A stretch of DNA of 64,000 nucleotides from an uncultured delta proteobacterium (GTDB lineage Bacteria; Desulfobacterota; Syntrophia; Syntrophales; UBA2192): NCBI GenBank assembly GCA_963705165.1, contig CAVPJD010000026.1:1-64000 (forward strand). Reading direction: 5' to 3'. Made by a program: the position numbers and the translations under genes. Of this stretch, positions 9,885 to 18,516 are shown piece by piece. Each line of letters opens with the position of its first letter. Positions within the stretch are counted from its first letter, which is position 1. The notes beneath the pieces are model-generated. The model saw only the letters and a list, made by a program, of their open reading frames with translations, was not told the DNA's origin and did not search any database.

Positions 9885-10739
9885 ATGAATTTCGGCGGGA
9901 TCGATCCAGAATATGAAGCGCTCGAGAAGGCGGCCTTTGTCGTTGTCCCCGTGCCCTATGATCTGACGACTACATACCAGGGTGGGGCCCGCAAGGGGCC
10001 TTCGGCCATCCTCGAGGCCTCCTGCAACATGGAGCTCTACGACGAGGAACTCGAGGCGGAGATTTACAAAGCGGGAATCCATACTCTGGCGCCCCTGGAG
10101 GCAGTCGCCGCAGGGCCGGAAGGCATGCTTGCGCGAGTAGAGGAAGCCGTGGCGGACGTTCTCGATACGGGAAAGACTCCCGTCATGCTGGGCGGCGAGC
10201 ACAGCATCACGCTCGGGGCCGTGAGGGCAGCAAAGAAGCGTTATCCGAAGCTTTCGGTGCTCCATCTGGACGCCCATGCCGACATGCGGGCCGCTTATCA
10301 GGGGACCCCTTACAGCCATGCCTGTATCGGCAGAAGGATGAAGGAACTCTGCCCGGTCGTGCAGGTCGGTATCCGGAGCATGAGCGTCGAGGAGGCCGCC
10401 TTTATCCGGAAGGGACGCATCCCCGTTTTCACGGCGGCGGCCATACGGAAGGACCGCTCATGGGTCGGCAAGGTCCTTCGCCACCTCTCGAGGGATGTCT
10501 ACATCAGTGTCGACCTGGACGCCTTCGACCCCTCGGTGATGCCGGCAACAGGCACCCCCGAGCCAGGGGGAATGCTGTGGCATGACGTTCTCGATGTGAT
10601 CCGGGAGGTCTGTCGAAAGCGACGCATCGTCGGGTTCGACCTGGTCGAACTGGCGCCCATCCCCGGCATGGTGGCCCCTGACTTCCTGGCTGCAAGGCTT
10701 GCTTACAGAATGATGGGCTATTTGTCGAAAAAATCCTGA
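9885..10739 (+). CDS. speB: Agmatinase
   Basis: GGEHSIT, LDAHADMR, SHAC, SVDLDAFDPS..PATGTPEPGG. Confidence 0.92.
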   Translation: MNFGGIDPEYEALEKAAFVVVPVPYDLTTTYQGGARKGPSAILEASCNMELYDEELEAEIYKAGIHTLAPLEAVAAGPEGMLARVEEAVADVLDTGKTPVMLGGEHSITLGAVRAAKKRYPKLSVLHLDAHADMRAAYQGTPYSHACIGRRMKELCPVVQVGIRSMSVEEAAFIRKGRIPVFTAAAIRKDRSWVGKVLRHLSRDVYISVDLDAFDPSVMPATGTPEPGGMLWHDVLDVIREVCRKRRIVGFDLVELAPIPGMVAPDFLAARLAYRMMGYLSKKS

Positions 10740-10754
10740 TAAAGGAGAGGATAC

Positions 10755-11306
10755 GTGAATATCTGGGTACCCAAAAAGATCTTTTTCACCAAGGGCGTAG
10801 GGAACCACAAGGAAGAGCTTCACTCTTTCGAGCTGGCCCTCCGGAACGCGGGGATCGAGAAATTCAACCTGGTTTACGTATCGAGCATCTTTCCTCCGGG
10901 CTGCAGGATGATCTCCAAAGCGAAGGGTCTGCAGGAAAAACACCCCGGGGAGATCACCTACTGCGTCATGAGCCGCTGCTCCAGCAACGAGCCCTACCGG
11001 ATGCTGGCCGCCTCCGTCGGTTGCGCCATTCCGGCCGACACCTCGCAGTACGGATACATCAGCGAGCATCACGCCTACGGACAGCCTGAAAAACCAGCCG
11101 GCGACTACGCGGAGGATTTGGCCGCCGCCATGCTGGCCTCGACTCTGGGCATCGATTTCGACGTCGACAAAAGCTGGGATGAGAACAAGGAGATCTTCAA
11201 GATCAGCGGCAAGATCGTTCGGACGCGAAACGTGACCCAGTCCGCCATCGTCCCGAGAAAGGGCGGGTGGACGACCGTCGTTGCCGCCGCGGTATTTGTC
11301 TTCTAG
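10755..11306 (+). CDS. pdaD: Pyruvoyl-dependent arginine decarboxylase
   Basis: [24 protein letters not shown] (Ser-Ser cleavage site), [16 protein letters not shown]; downstream of agmatinase. Confidence 0.88.
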   Translation: MNIWVPKKIFFTKGVGNHKEELHSFELALRNAGIEKFNLVYVSSIFPPGCRMISKAKGLQEKHPGEITYCVMSRCSSNEPYRMLAASVGCAIPADTSQYGYISEHHAYGQPEKPAGDYAEDLAAAMLASTLGIDFDVDKSWDENKEIFKISGKIVRTRNVTQSAIVPRKGGWTTVVAAAVFVF

Positions 11307-11392
11307 CCGAGATCAAAAACCTCATCCATTACGGGTTTTTGTAAAAAGGTCTTGACTTATAGGTCCTCTACGCATAGTTTATCGGGATACGA

Positions 11393-11469
<77 letters not shown>

Positions 11470-11476
11470 GAAAACA

Positions 11477-11512
11477 AAAGGGGCCGAGAGAAATCTCGGT
11501 CCCTTTTTTTTT
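11477..11512 (+). terminator. Intrinsic terminator after tRNA-fMet
   Basis: AAAGGGGCCGAGA-gaaa-TCTCGGTCCCTTTTTTTTT. Confidence 0.85.
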
Positions 11513-11646
11513 CAAATGGATCGGCTTGCGCGACGATGCTCTCATGACAACACCCCCTCTGTCCATTCAGGATTCATACGGTATTACTATAAAACAAAAT
11601 CCCTGGAAACGAAAGAGGCACAGGAGGGACGGATGCAACCGGACGT

Positions 11647-12117
11647 TCATGCACGGAAGGGGAGAATACCCCCGATGGGCTGATGATCCCGCTTTGCGGA
11701 ATTACGATAGGAGGACTGCGGGGCACCCTCTTTCTTCTCGGCTGTCTCCGTCGAGATAAAGATCCCCCTGGCAACAAGATGGCCTTGCCTCTCGATATAT
11801 TTTACGGTTGCCCGGGTGCCCAACGGGATTTCGGAAGGCTTCACGGTATCGAGGTCGACCTTGACAACGGTGTTGTCGTCGAATTGAAGTTCCAGATCCT
11901 CATCCTTGAATCTCACGGTGATCGTCTTCGTTTTGGAATCAACGGTCAAAACCTCGCCCGACAGGTGTCTGACTCGTATGGCTTTCTTTTGTTCGGCTGC
12001 TTTCTTGGCGGTCGGTGTGACAGCCTTACCGGGTGCTTTTTCAGGGGATTGCCCGCAAGCCACATAGAGGAGGCCGATCGAAATGAGGATTGTAAGGACA
12101 ATCAATCGGAACTTCAC
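11647..12117 (-). CDS. Hypothetical lipoprotein with Lys/Ala-rich linker and small beta (OB-like) domain
   Basis: Signal peptide with lipobox-like YVAC; SGEVLTVDSKTKTITV beta-rich domain. Confidence 0.65.
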   Translation of the reverse strand: MKFRLIVLTILISIGLLYVACGQSPEKAPGKAVTPTAKKAAEQKKAIRVRHLSGEVLTVDSKTKTITVRFKDEDLELQFDDNTVVKVDLDTVKPSEIPLGTRATVKYIERQGHLVARGIFISTETAEKKEGAPQSSYRNSAKRDHQPIGGILPFRA

Positions 12118-12282
12118 TGGATCTCCTTCATCGGAGGTCCCGCAGGACGGTTGTTGGCGAATGGATGATTAGATCTTAATCACTCTGCAGGGTGATTCGC
12201 TGTAAAACGTCAAGCTACCGGAGGGGCATCGATCATCGATGCCCCCCTGGTGAGCCTGTCGTCATATGGTAGATCGTGCAGC

Positions 12283-12570
12283 TTACTTCTTCTCGGGGGC
12301 CTTTTTCTCTTCAGCCTTCGGAGCCGGAGCGGCTTCTTTCTTGGGAGCCTCCTTCTTGGCGTCCTTCTTGGGCTCGGCCTTCTTCTTGTCGGCCTTCTTG
12401 GCGTCCTTCTTGGGCTCGGCCTTCTTGGCCTTGTCGTCAGCCTTCTTCTCGGGAGCCGGTGCAGCCTCCTTCTTCTCGGGAGCCTTTGCAGGAGCAGCCT
12501 GGGCGAAGCACAGACCCGTCGTCGCCACCACGAACATCATGGCAAACAGGATTGCGAGAATCTTCTTCAT
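12283..12570 (-). CDS. Secreted low-complexity Lys/Ala/Glu/Pro-rich protein, copy 1
   Basis: GGAGGTGA SD, signal peptide ending CFA-Q, KKAEPKK repeats; hairpin terminator at about 12222-12249. Confidence 0.85.
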   Translation of the reverse strand: MKKILAILFAMMFVVATTGLCFAQAAPAKAPEKKEAAPAPEKKADDKAKKAEPKKDAKKADKKKAEPKKDAKKEAPKKEAAPAPKAEEKKAPEKK

Positions 12571-12609
12571 CTGATGTCACCTCCCTTCTGTTGACTTGAT
12601 CAATGCTAT

Positions 12610-12756
12610 ATCAAGGAGCATGCCATTCCGCACAACTTCAATAGTATGCATAAATACAATAACTTGCAAATATTGCACTCTTGTACCAACTCGCTTTCTT
12701 TACGTTATTACAACGGGTCATCCTTATTTTGGATACGTCTGACATATTTCGGAATA
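12610..12756 (-). promoter_or_regulatory. sigma54-like promoter with IHF-like site and upstream activator boxes, copy 1
   Basis: Minus-strand TGGCATGCTCCTTGAT (12610-12625); CAA-N4-TTG at 12657; boxes TATTTTGGATAC (12725) and TATTTCGGAATA (12745). Confidence 0.65.
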
Positions 12757-12956
12757 ATATCCTTTGCTTTTCAAGGACCTGTAACGCATTTAAAAAACGA
12801 TCTGCAAAACGGTTCACTTTATAACGATGGGGATGCGATAGGTACGCAGCACTCAATACATCGTGATCATGATGACTTGAACATCAGGTCGGCAACGATG
12901 AGCGGGGGGAACGTTGTCCGTCGAAAGGGAACCCCATCAACGGGAAAATAAAAAGA

Positions 12957-12989
12957 AGAAGGGGTATCGGCTTACCGATACCCCTTTTA
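12957..12989 (-). terminator. Intrinsic terminator after copy 2
   Basis: AAGGGGTATCGG-ctta-CCGATACCCCTT flanked by A/T tracts. Confidence 0.8.
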
Positions 12990-13019
12990 AACACTGACTC
13001 GAATAATGAAGCCAGATGC

Positions 13020-13304
13020 TTACTTCTTCTCGGGAGCCTTCTTCTCTTCGACCTTCTTGGGCTCTTCCTTCTTAGCCTCGGCCTTCTTGGGCTCGGCCTT
13101 CTTGGCATCCTTCTTCGCGGGCTTCTTCTCGGCCTTCTTGGGCTCTGCCTTCTTGGGCTCGGCCTTCTTGTCGTCAGCCTTCTTCTCGGGAGCCGGAGCT
13201 GCCTTCTCTGCCGGCTTTGCGGCCGGAGCGGCCTGGGCGAAGCACAGACCCGTCGTCGCCACCACGAACATCATGGCAAACAGGATAGCGAGAACTTTCT
13301 TCAT
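13020..13304 (-). CDS. Secreted low-complexity Lys/Ala/Glu/Pro-rich protein, copy 2
   Basis: Signal peptide near-identical to 12283-12570, same EEKKAPEKK C-terminus, GGAGGTGA SD. Confidence 0.85.
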   Translation of the reverse strand: MKKVLAILFAMMFVVATTGLCFAQAAPAAKPAEKAAPAPEKKADDKKAEPKKAEPKKAEKKPAKKDAKKAEPKKAEAKKEEPKKVEEKKAPEKK

Positions 13305-13343
13305 TTGTTGTCACCTCCTTCCAGTTTGTTTTGATTCACACTT

Positions 13344-13531
13344 TACAAGGAATGTGCCAGAAGCACATAGGTTTAAATATCCAATATATACAAATACTTA
13401 TAAATATAGCGGAGAATCAACATCAACCGGATTTCACAATTACAGGAATAACCTTACCATTTCCGGAAAGTGAAAACTTATTCGGGAAAGTTGTTACATT
13501 ATTTGGATACAGGATTGCATTATTTCAAATA
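13344..13531 (-). promoter_or_regulatory. sigma54-like promoter with IHF-like site and upstream activator boxes, copy 2
   Basis: Minus-strand TGGCACATTCCTTGTA (13344-13359); CAA-N4-TTA at 13391; boxes at 13459, 13479, 13499 with 20 bp period. Confidence 0.7.
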
Positions 13532-13537
13532 GATGGG

Positions 13538-15100
13538 TCAGTCATGGGGCGGCCGGTTCATTCCATATTTATCCCAGCGATATGCAAAGGCCCTGTAACT
13601 CATGTTCAGGAGACGGGCGGCCCGGGCTCCGACGTTGTTTGCCTTTTCCATCGCCTTTTTGAGCAGATCCCGCTCAAGCTCCTCATAGCTGATCCCTCCA
13701 TCGGGAAGGCCCTCCTTGAGGATGCTCTTGAGGGAATCCCGCTTTGCTGGATCCTCCAGTTCGTACTTTTTCCAGCTGTACCAGAAGGCATCATAGTTCA
13801 TGTCCAACAATCGTGCGGCTTTTGCCAGCACATGGCTGGACTTCGCCATGGCCTTCACGAGAAGCTCCTTTTCCAGCTCCTCGAGGTCGATCCCCTCGTC
13901 GGGGATCTCGATGCCCATGGCAGGCCGCGGCGCCGTTCTAAGCTCTCCACGGATGTCGACGAGGCCGATGGTGTCGGATTCACACATCAAGACTGCCTTT
14001 TCCAGGACGGACTGGAGCTCGCGCACATTGCCCGGCCAGTTGTAATTGATGATCGCCTTCATCGCCCCGTCATCGATCTTTAAAATATTTTTAGCGATAT
14101 TGTGATTGAACTTCTGCAGAAAGAAGTTTGCGAGATCGGGGATATCTTCCCTTCGCTCCCGCAGCGGGGGCATCTGGATGGTCACAACCTTGAGGCGATA
14201 AAACAGGTCTTCCCTGAAGTGACCGTTTTTCATCTCTATCTGGAGGTCCTTGTTCGTGGCGGAGAGAATCCGGACGTCTACCTTGATGGACTCGCGACCC
14301 CCGACACGCATGATCTCCCGTTCCTGCAAGACCCTGAGGATCCTGGCCTGCGTCATCATGGGGAGATCTCCGACTTCATCGAGGAAGATCGTGCCGCTGT
14401 TCGCGGCCTCGAAGAGCCCTTTCTTGCGCTGGTTGGCGCCGGTAAATGCGCCGGGTTCGTAACCGAAGAGTTCGCTCTCCAGGAGAGTCTCCGGGATTGC
14501 GGCGCAGTTGATGGCCATGAAGGCCTTCTCACGGCGTGAGCTGTTGTAGTGGATGGCCTTGGCGATCAGCTCCTTGCCCGTGCCGCTTTCGCCCAGGATG
14601 AGAACCGTGGCGGGGCTGTCGGCCACTTTCCGGATGATGTGGATGACATCCTTGATCGCCTTGGAATGGCCGATGATCCCCTGGATGCTGAACATGTCGT
14701 TCAGGGCCTTGCGCAGTTCGAGGTTGCGCTGCATCAGCTCCTTGCGCTCCGTGGCACGCCGGATGGCAAGGAGCACGACCTCCTTGTCGAGCGGTTTCGT
14801 CAGGTAGTCGAAGGCGCCTTTCTTCATGGCATCGACTGCCGAGTCGATAGTCCCGAAGGCGGTCATGATCAGCACCGTCGGGGCCTGCTTTAACCCCTTG
14901 AGCTTTTCGAGGAGATCGATGCCGTCCATCTTCCCCATCTTGAGGTCCGAGAGCACCACGTCCGGCTCGTATGTCCTGGCCAGCTTCAAGGCTTCCTCGC
15001 CGGAAGCGGCCGAGTAGGTCTCATATCCCTCATCGGAAAGGATGGTCTTGAGGATGTCGCGCTGGAGGGGTTCGTCGTCTACGATCAGGATGACCGCCAT
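13538..15100 (-). CDS. sigma54-dependent response regulator (NtrC/ZraR type) with two tandem C-terminal HTH domains
   Basis: Receiver domain, GESGTGKE, ESELFG, GAFTGA, FLDEVG, WPGNVREL; two AARLL HTH repeats. Confidence 0.92.
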   Translation of the reverse strand: MAVILIVDDEPLQRDILKTILSDEGYETYSAASGEEALKLARTYEPDVVLSDLKMGKMDGIDLLEKLKGLKQAPTVLIMTAFGTIDSAVDAMKKGAFDYLTKPLDKEVVLLAIRRATERKELMQRNLELRKALNDMFSIQGIIGHSKAIKDVIHIIRKVADSPATVLILGESGTGKELIAKAIHYNSSRREKAFMAINCAAIPETLLESELFGYEPGAFTGANQRKKGLFEAANSGTIFLDEVGDLPMMTQARILRVLQEREIMRVGGRESIKVDVRILSATNKDLQIEMKNGHFREDLFYRLKVVTIQMPPLRERREDIPDLANFFLQKFNHNIAKNILKIDDGAMKAIINYNWPGNVRELQSVLEKAVLMCESDTIGLVDIRGELRTAPRPAMGIEIPDEGIDLEELEKELLVKAMAKSSHVLAKAARLLDMNYDAFWYSWKKYELEDPAKRDSLKSILKEGLPDGGISYEELERDLLKKAMEKANNVGARAARLLNMSYRAFAYRWDKYGMNRPPHD

Positions 15101-15114
15101 GAATTGTCGTCTCC

Positions 15115-16566
15115 TTAAACTACCGTTGTCCGATTCGTGTCCGTTTCAGAAATGGGGAGGCTGATCGTCACCTCGCTGCCCTGACCCTCGGCGCTCACGA
15201 ATTCGATCTTTCCGCCGTGCTCCTCGATGACCCGCTTCGTCATGGCAAGACCCAGGCCGAGCCCCTGGCTCTTGGTCGTGAAGAAAGGCTCGAAGATCCG
15301 CGTGAGGTTTTCCTTCGACACACCGATTCCCGTGTCGCTCAGGTGAAGTACAAACCAGCCGTTGTGTCCTTCCGTCGCGATCGTCAGCGAACCACCGCCC
15401 GGCATGGCCTGGAAGGCGTTGTTGACCACGTTGAAGAGGCAGCTTTTCATGAGTTCCGCATCCATTCGGAGCTGCGGCAGGGCATCATAGCGCTCAATGA
15501 TCTGGATATGGTCGGATTCCGCCTTTGCCTTCACGATCTCGACGACATCGGCGAGCAACTCCTGCGTCTGAACGGGCTGAAGATCGAGTTTCAGGGGCTT
15601 GCCGTAGTCGAGAAAATCACGGACGAGCCGGTCAAGCCGATGGATCTCCCCTTTCATGCTCTCGACGAGCTTTACAAACCCCTCGGCCTGGGCGACGTCC
15701 TGGGGACGGTATTTCGTCCTGATGTGATCGATGCTGAGGCTGATGAAGTTCAGCGGGTTGCGGATTTCGTGAGCGATCCCCCGTGCGAGCTGCCCTACGG
15801 CGGAGAGGTGCTCCGCTTCCCGGAGCCGCTCCTCGAGACGCCTCTGTTCCCTGAGCTTTTGGACCATGTCGTTGAAGCTCCGGGTCAGATCGCCGATCTC
15901 GTCTTTGCGGTCCACCGGCAGGTTCTGGTCGAGATCGCCGGCCGCCACCTTGCGGGCTGCCGCTACGACATTGTGAATGGGCCCTGTGTACCACAAGGAC
16001 AGGAACGTCGAGATCACGATGCCGATGGCGAAAACGCACAGGGCCGCTACGATTCGCATGGTCGTGTTCTGCCTCATGGTCTCCTGGAGGCTCTCGACAT
16101 TGATCTGCAGATGGATGTAGCCGTAATGGGCCTGGCCGGCGATGACGGGTATGATGACATTGTAGGCCTTGCCCTCCCGATCTACGGCGGGTTCCCCGAG
16201 TTCGGCCTTGATGATGAGTTCCTTCTTTTTCTGGCTCACCGGTGTGCCGACCTGGTTGGGGTTCGTGCTGGCAATGATCTCGTCGGCGTTGCTGATGATG
16301 GAGATCTCCTTGATCCCCTTGGTCTTGAGCGAGGTCAGATACTGCTCCAGGCGCGTCTCGCTTGTTGCCCCCCCGGTCACCTCCTCGACGCCCACCTGTA
16401 CGGCCTGGGCCAGCTCGGCCGTCTGGCTTTCGATCTGGGCCATCATGTTCTTTTCGGACTTCCAGTAGATGGTGATCAGGGTGACCAGCAGGATCGCGGT
16501 CAGGAAGAGCATCATGCTGATGAGCTTCTTGGTGAGGGACAGGTTGAGAAAAAAGGTCTTGAACAT
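15115..16566 (-). CDS. HAMP-domain sensor histidine kinase
   Basis: Two TMs around a periplasmic domain, HAMP (DEIGDL), AHEIRNPL H-box, DTGIG, PFFTTK, GLGL. Confidence 0.93.
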   Translation of the reverse strand: MFKTFFLNLSLTKKLISMMLFLTAILLVTLITIYWKSEKNMMAQIESQTAELAQAVQVGVEEVTGGATSETRLEQYLTSLKTKGIKEISIISNADEIIASTNPNQVGTPVSQKKKELIIKAELGEPAVDREGKAYNVIIPVIAGQAHYGYIHLQINVESLQETMRQNTTMRIVAALCVFAIGIVISTFLSLWYTGPIHNVVAAARKVAAGDLDQNLPVDRKDEIGDLTRSFNDMVQKLREQRRLEERLREAEHLSAVGQLARGIAHEIRNPLNFISLSIDHIRTKYRPQDVAQAEGFVKLVESMKGEIHRLDRLVRDFLDYGKPLKLDLQPVQTQELLADVVEIVKAKAESDHIQIIERYDALPQLRMDAELMKSCLFNVVNNAFQAMPGGGSLTIATEGHNGWFVLHLSDTGIGVSKENLTRIFEPFFTTKSQGLGLGLAMTKRVIEEHGGKIEFVSAEGQGSEVTISLPISETDTNRTTVV

Positions 16567-16804
16567 CCTTCTGAATCCGTCATCCTCCTGGTTGATGATC
16601 CGGTCAAGGGGTGTACCCGGGGGTTGGTGCCCCTGCGTCCTGCCGGCCTCACCCTTAGCATCAATGAAGGGCGCGTGTCAACGCCGCAACGCGGGCGCGG
16701 GTCCGTCAAGAGGCGGACTCTTCGGTTGATTTTTCCCCGGGGGCCTTCTATAATCGGGACCCGCTTCGGTTGATGTTTCCCGCTTCCAGGCAGGAGAAGC
16801 CGCC

Positions 16805-18073
16805 GTGACCCTTCTTTCGACGAGTCCTTTCCAGAGACATCGGGACCGGTGGATCACCCCCATCGTGGTGGTGCGATTCTCCGTCCTGTCATTTATGCGA
16901 AACCGGGACCTTCACACAGCCGCCACGCTGGCTTTCTATGGCGTTTTCGCCCTGATCCCGCTGTGCCTGGCTGTCATGTTTCTTCTCAGCCAGTTTTTCG
17001 TTTCCTCACAACGGGTAAGCCGGGGGATCGAGCACCTGATCATCCAGATCGTTCCTCAGTACTACGAGATCATCCTCCGGGAGGTCTTTTCCCTGGCGGA
17101 AACGAAAACCGTAGGCTTTATCGGCCTCATCCCGCTGCTGTGGGCAATCGTCCCCCTGGTCAGCACGATACGGGCCGGCTTCATCAACGTCTTCAAGACG
17201 GAACGCACGGCAGGTTTTGTCCGGGAAAAGCTCATCGACTTTCTTGCCGTCCTGCTCTTCCTGCTCCTGTTCATCGGGCTCGTGGGGGGAGATATTCTTT
17301 ACGCCACGGCCCTGGGCGACTACATGGACCAGAAGAGCGGGCTCCCGAGCCTGCTGAACGCGGTGGTGCCCCCGCTGGCAGGGGCCCTGTTCCTCGCCCT
17401 TTTTTTCCTGGTCTTTTCCCCGGTCCGTCTCGAGGGATGGAATATTCTCGTGAGCGCGATTTTCACGGCCGGCCTCTGGTCCGTCGTACGCCCGCTTTTC
17501 GTGGCGTTTTTGCAGTATAATCCCGACTACGGTCTCACGTTCGGCTCTCTCAAGGCGATCTTCGTCCTGATCGTCTGGGTCTACTATACCTTTGCCGTGA
17601 TCCTGTTCGGAACGGAGCTCCTGGCCAATATCCGCCGCAGGGAGGCCCTTCTGCTGTCGCGGTTTTTCGAGGACAGAAAATCCTCGGCTGACGCTTTTCC
17701 CATGGTGCCTTCCCGCTTCATCCGGTCCCATGAGCCCGGCGAAGTGATTTTTGAGGAAGACAGTTTGGGCCGGGAAATGTTCTACATCCTGTCCGGCTCG
17801 GTCCGAATTCTCAAGAAAGGGCACCTTCTCAGGGAGATGGTCGTCGGAGACTATTTCGGGGAGATGGCCATGCTGATCCAGGCCCCGAGAACTGCAGCGG
17901 CCGTGGCAGCCGCCCCGGACACCCGACTCGTGGTCATTTCGGAGTCCAATCTTGAAACCATCCTGAGGGAGAATCCAAAGATCGTGGTCTCTTTTCTCAA
18001 GGAGATGTCCGGCCGACTCAGGTCGGTCAATGAAAAAGTTGACAATTGTTCAGAAAGGAAGGAAATCCCATGA
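16805..18073 (+). CDS. YihY/BrkB-family membrane protein fused to a cNMP-binding domain
   Basis: AATLAFYGVFALIP, YGLTFGSL..LIVWVY (YihY); IFEEDS..MFYILSG..GDYFGEMA..PRTA (cNMP). Confidence 0.85.
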   Translation: MTLLSTSPFQRHRDRWITPIVVVRFSVLSFMRNRDLHTAATLAFYGVFALIPLCLAVMFLLSQFFVSSQRVSRGIEHLIIQIVPQYYEIILREVFSLAETKTVGFIGLIPLLWAIVPLVSTIRAGFINVFKTERTAGFVREKLIDFLAVLLFLLLFIGLVGGDILYATALGDYMDQKSGLPSLLNAVVPPLAGALFLALFFLVFSPVRLEGWNILVSAIFTAGLWSVVRPLFVAFLQYNPDYGLTFGSLKAIFVLIVWVYYTFAVILFGTELLANIRRREALLLSRFFEDRKSSADAFPMVPSRFIRSHEPGEVIFEEDSLGREMFYILSGSVRILKKGHLLREMVVGDYFGEMAMLIQAPRTAAAVAAAPDTRLVVISESNLETILRENPKIVVSFLKEMSGRLRSVNEKVDNCSERKEIP

Positions 18074-18402
18074 AAATCGCCGTTTCCTCGACAGGACCCG
18101 AGCTGCACGACCTCGTGGACCCCCGTTTTGGCCGCTGCCGTTATTACATCTTCTACGACGAGAGCACGGGTTTGCACGAGTCAAAAGAAAATACCGCCGG
18201 GATGCATTGAATCACCCGCGGGACGGCTACCGGGCATATCGTAGCCGGAGAAAACATAGATTGCGTCGTCACGGGGCACATCGGGCGGAAAGCGACTGCT
18301 TTGCTCCAAGGGGCAGGGGTGAGGATCTTCCTGGGCGCCTCGGGACCGGTGAAATCCGCCCTCGAGTCCTTCAAGAACGGCAATTTGGAAGAGAAGCTCT
18401 GA
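18070..18402 (+). CDS. NifB/NifX (FeMo-cofactor-binding) family protein with in-frame TGA at codon 47: candidate selenoprotein or pseudogene
   Basis: Manual translation MKIAVSSTG..VDPRFGRCRYY..ENTAGMH*ITRG..VVTGHIG..AGVRIF..GPVKSALESFKNG; family similarity on both sides of TGA 18208-18210; absent from the ORF track. Confidence 0.8.
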
Positions 18403-18415
18403 TCCCTCTCAAAAG

Positions 18416-18464
18416 AAAAGCCCCATCCCTCTGCCGGAACGGTAGTCCTTGGGATGGGGCTTTT
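18416..18464. terminator. Bidirectional terminator-like hairpin
   Basis: AAAAGCCCCATCCC...GGGATGGGGCTTTT between convergent genes. Confidence 0.75.
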
Positions 18465-18516
18465 GTATTTCCTGATGCCTGAAGCCTGTAGCCTGATGCC
18501 TGCGGCCTTGAGGCCG

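Noticed and set aside
12283..13304. Repetitive DNA as a possible CRISPR array
   Set aside because: Repeats are in-frame coding repeats with no constant repeat/spacer period, and no cas genes are present
12266..13473. Plus-strand Phe/Leu/Ser-rich ORFs that look like membrane proteins
   Set aside because: Reverse complements of the Lys/Glu/Ala repeats; SD, signal peptide and promoters all support the minus strand
15217..16773. Long antisense ORFs (also 37351-39282, 23139-24449, 48251-49711, 61415-62899, 7031-8323)
   Set aside because: Shadow frames opposite well-supported genes, as expected from high-GC codon bias; no recognisable motifs
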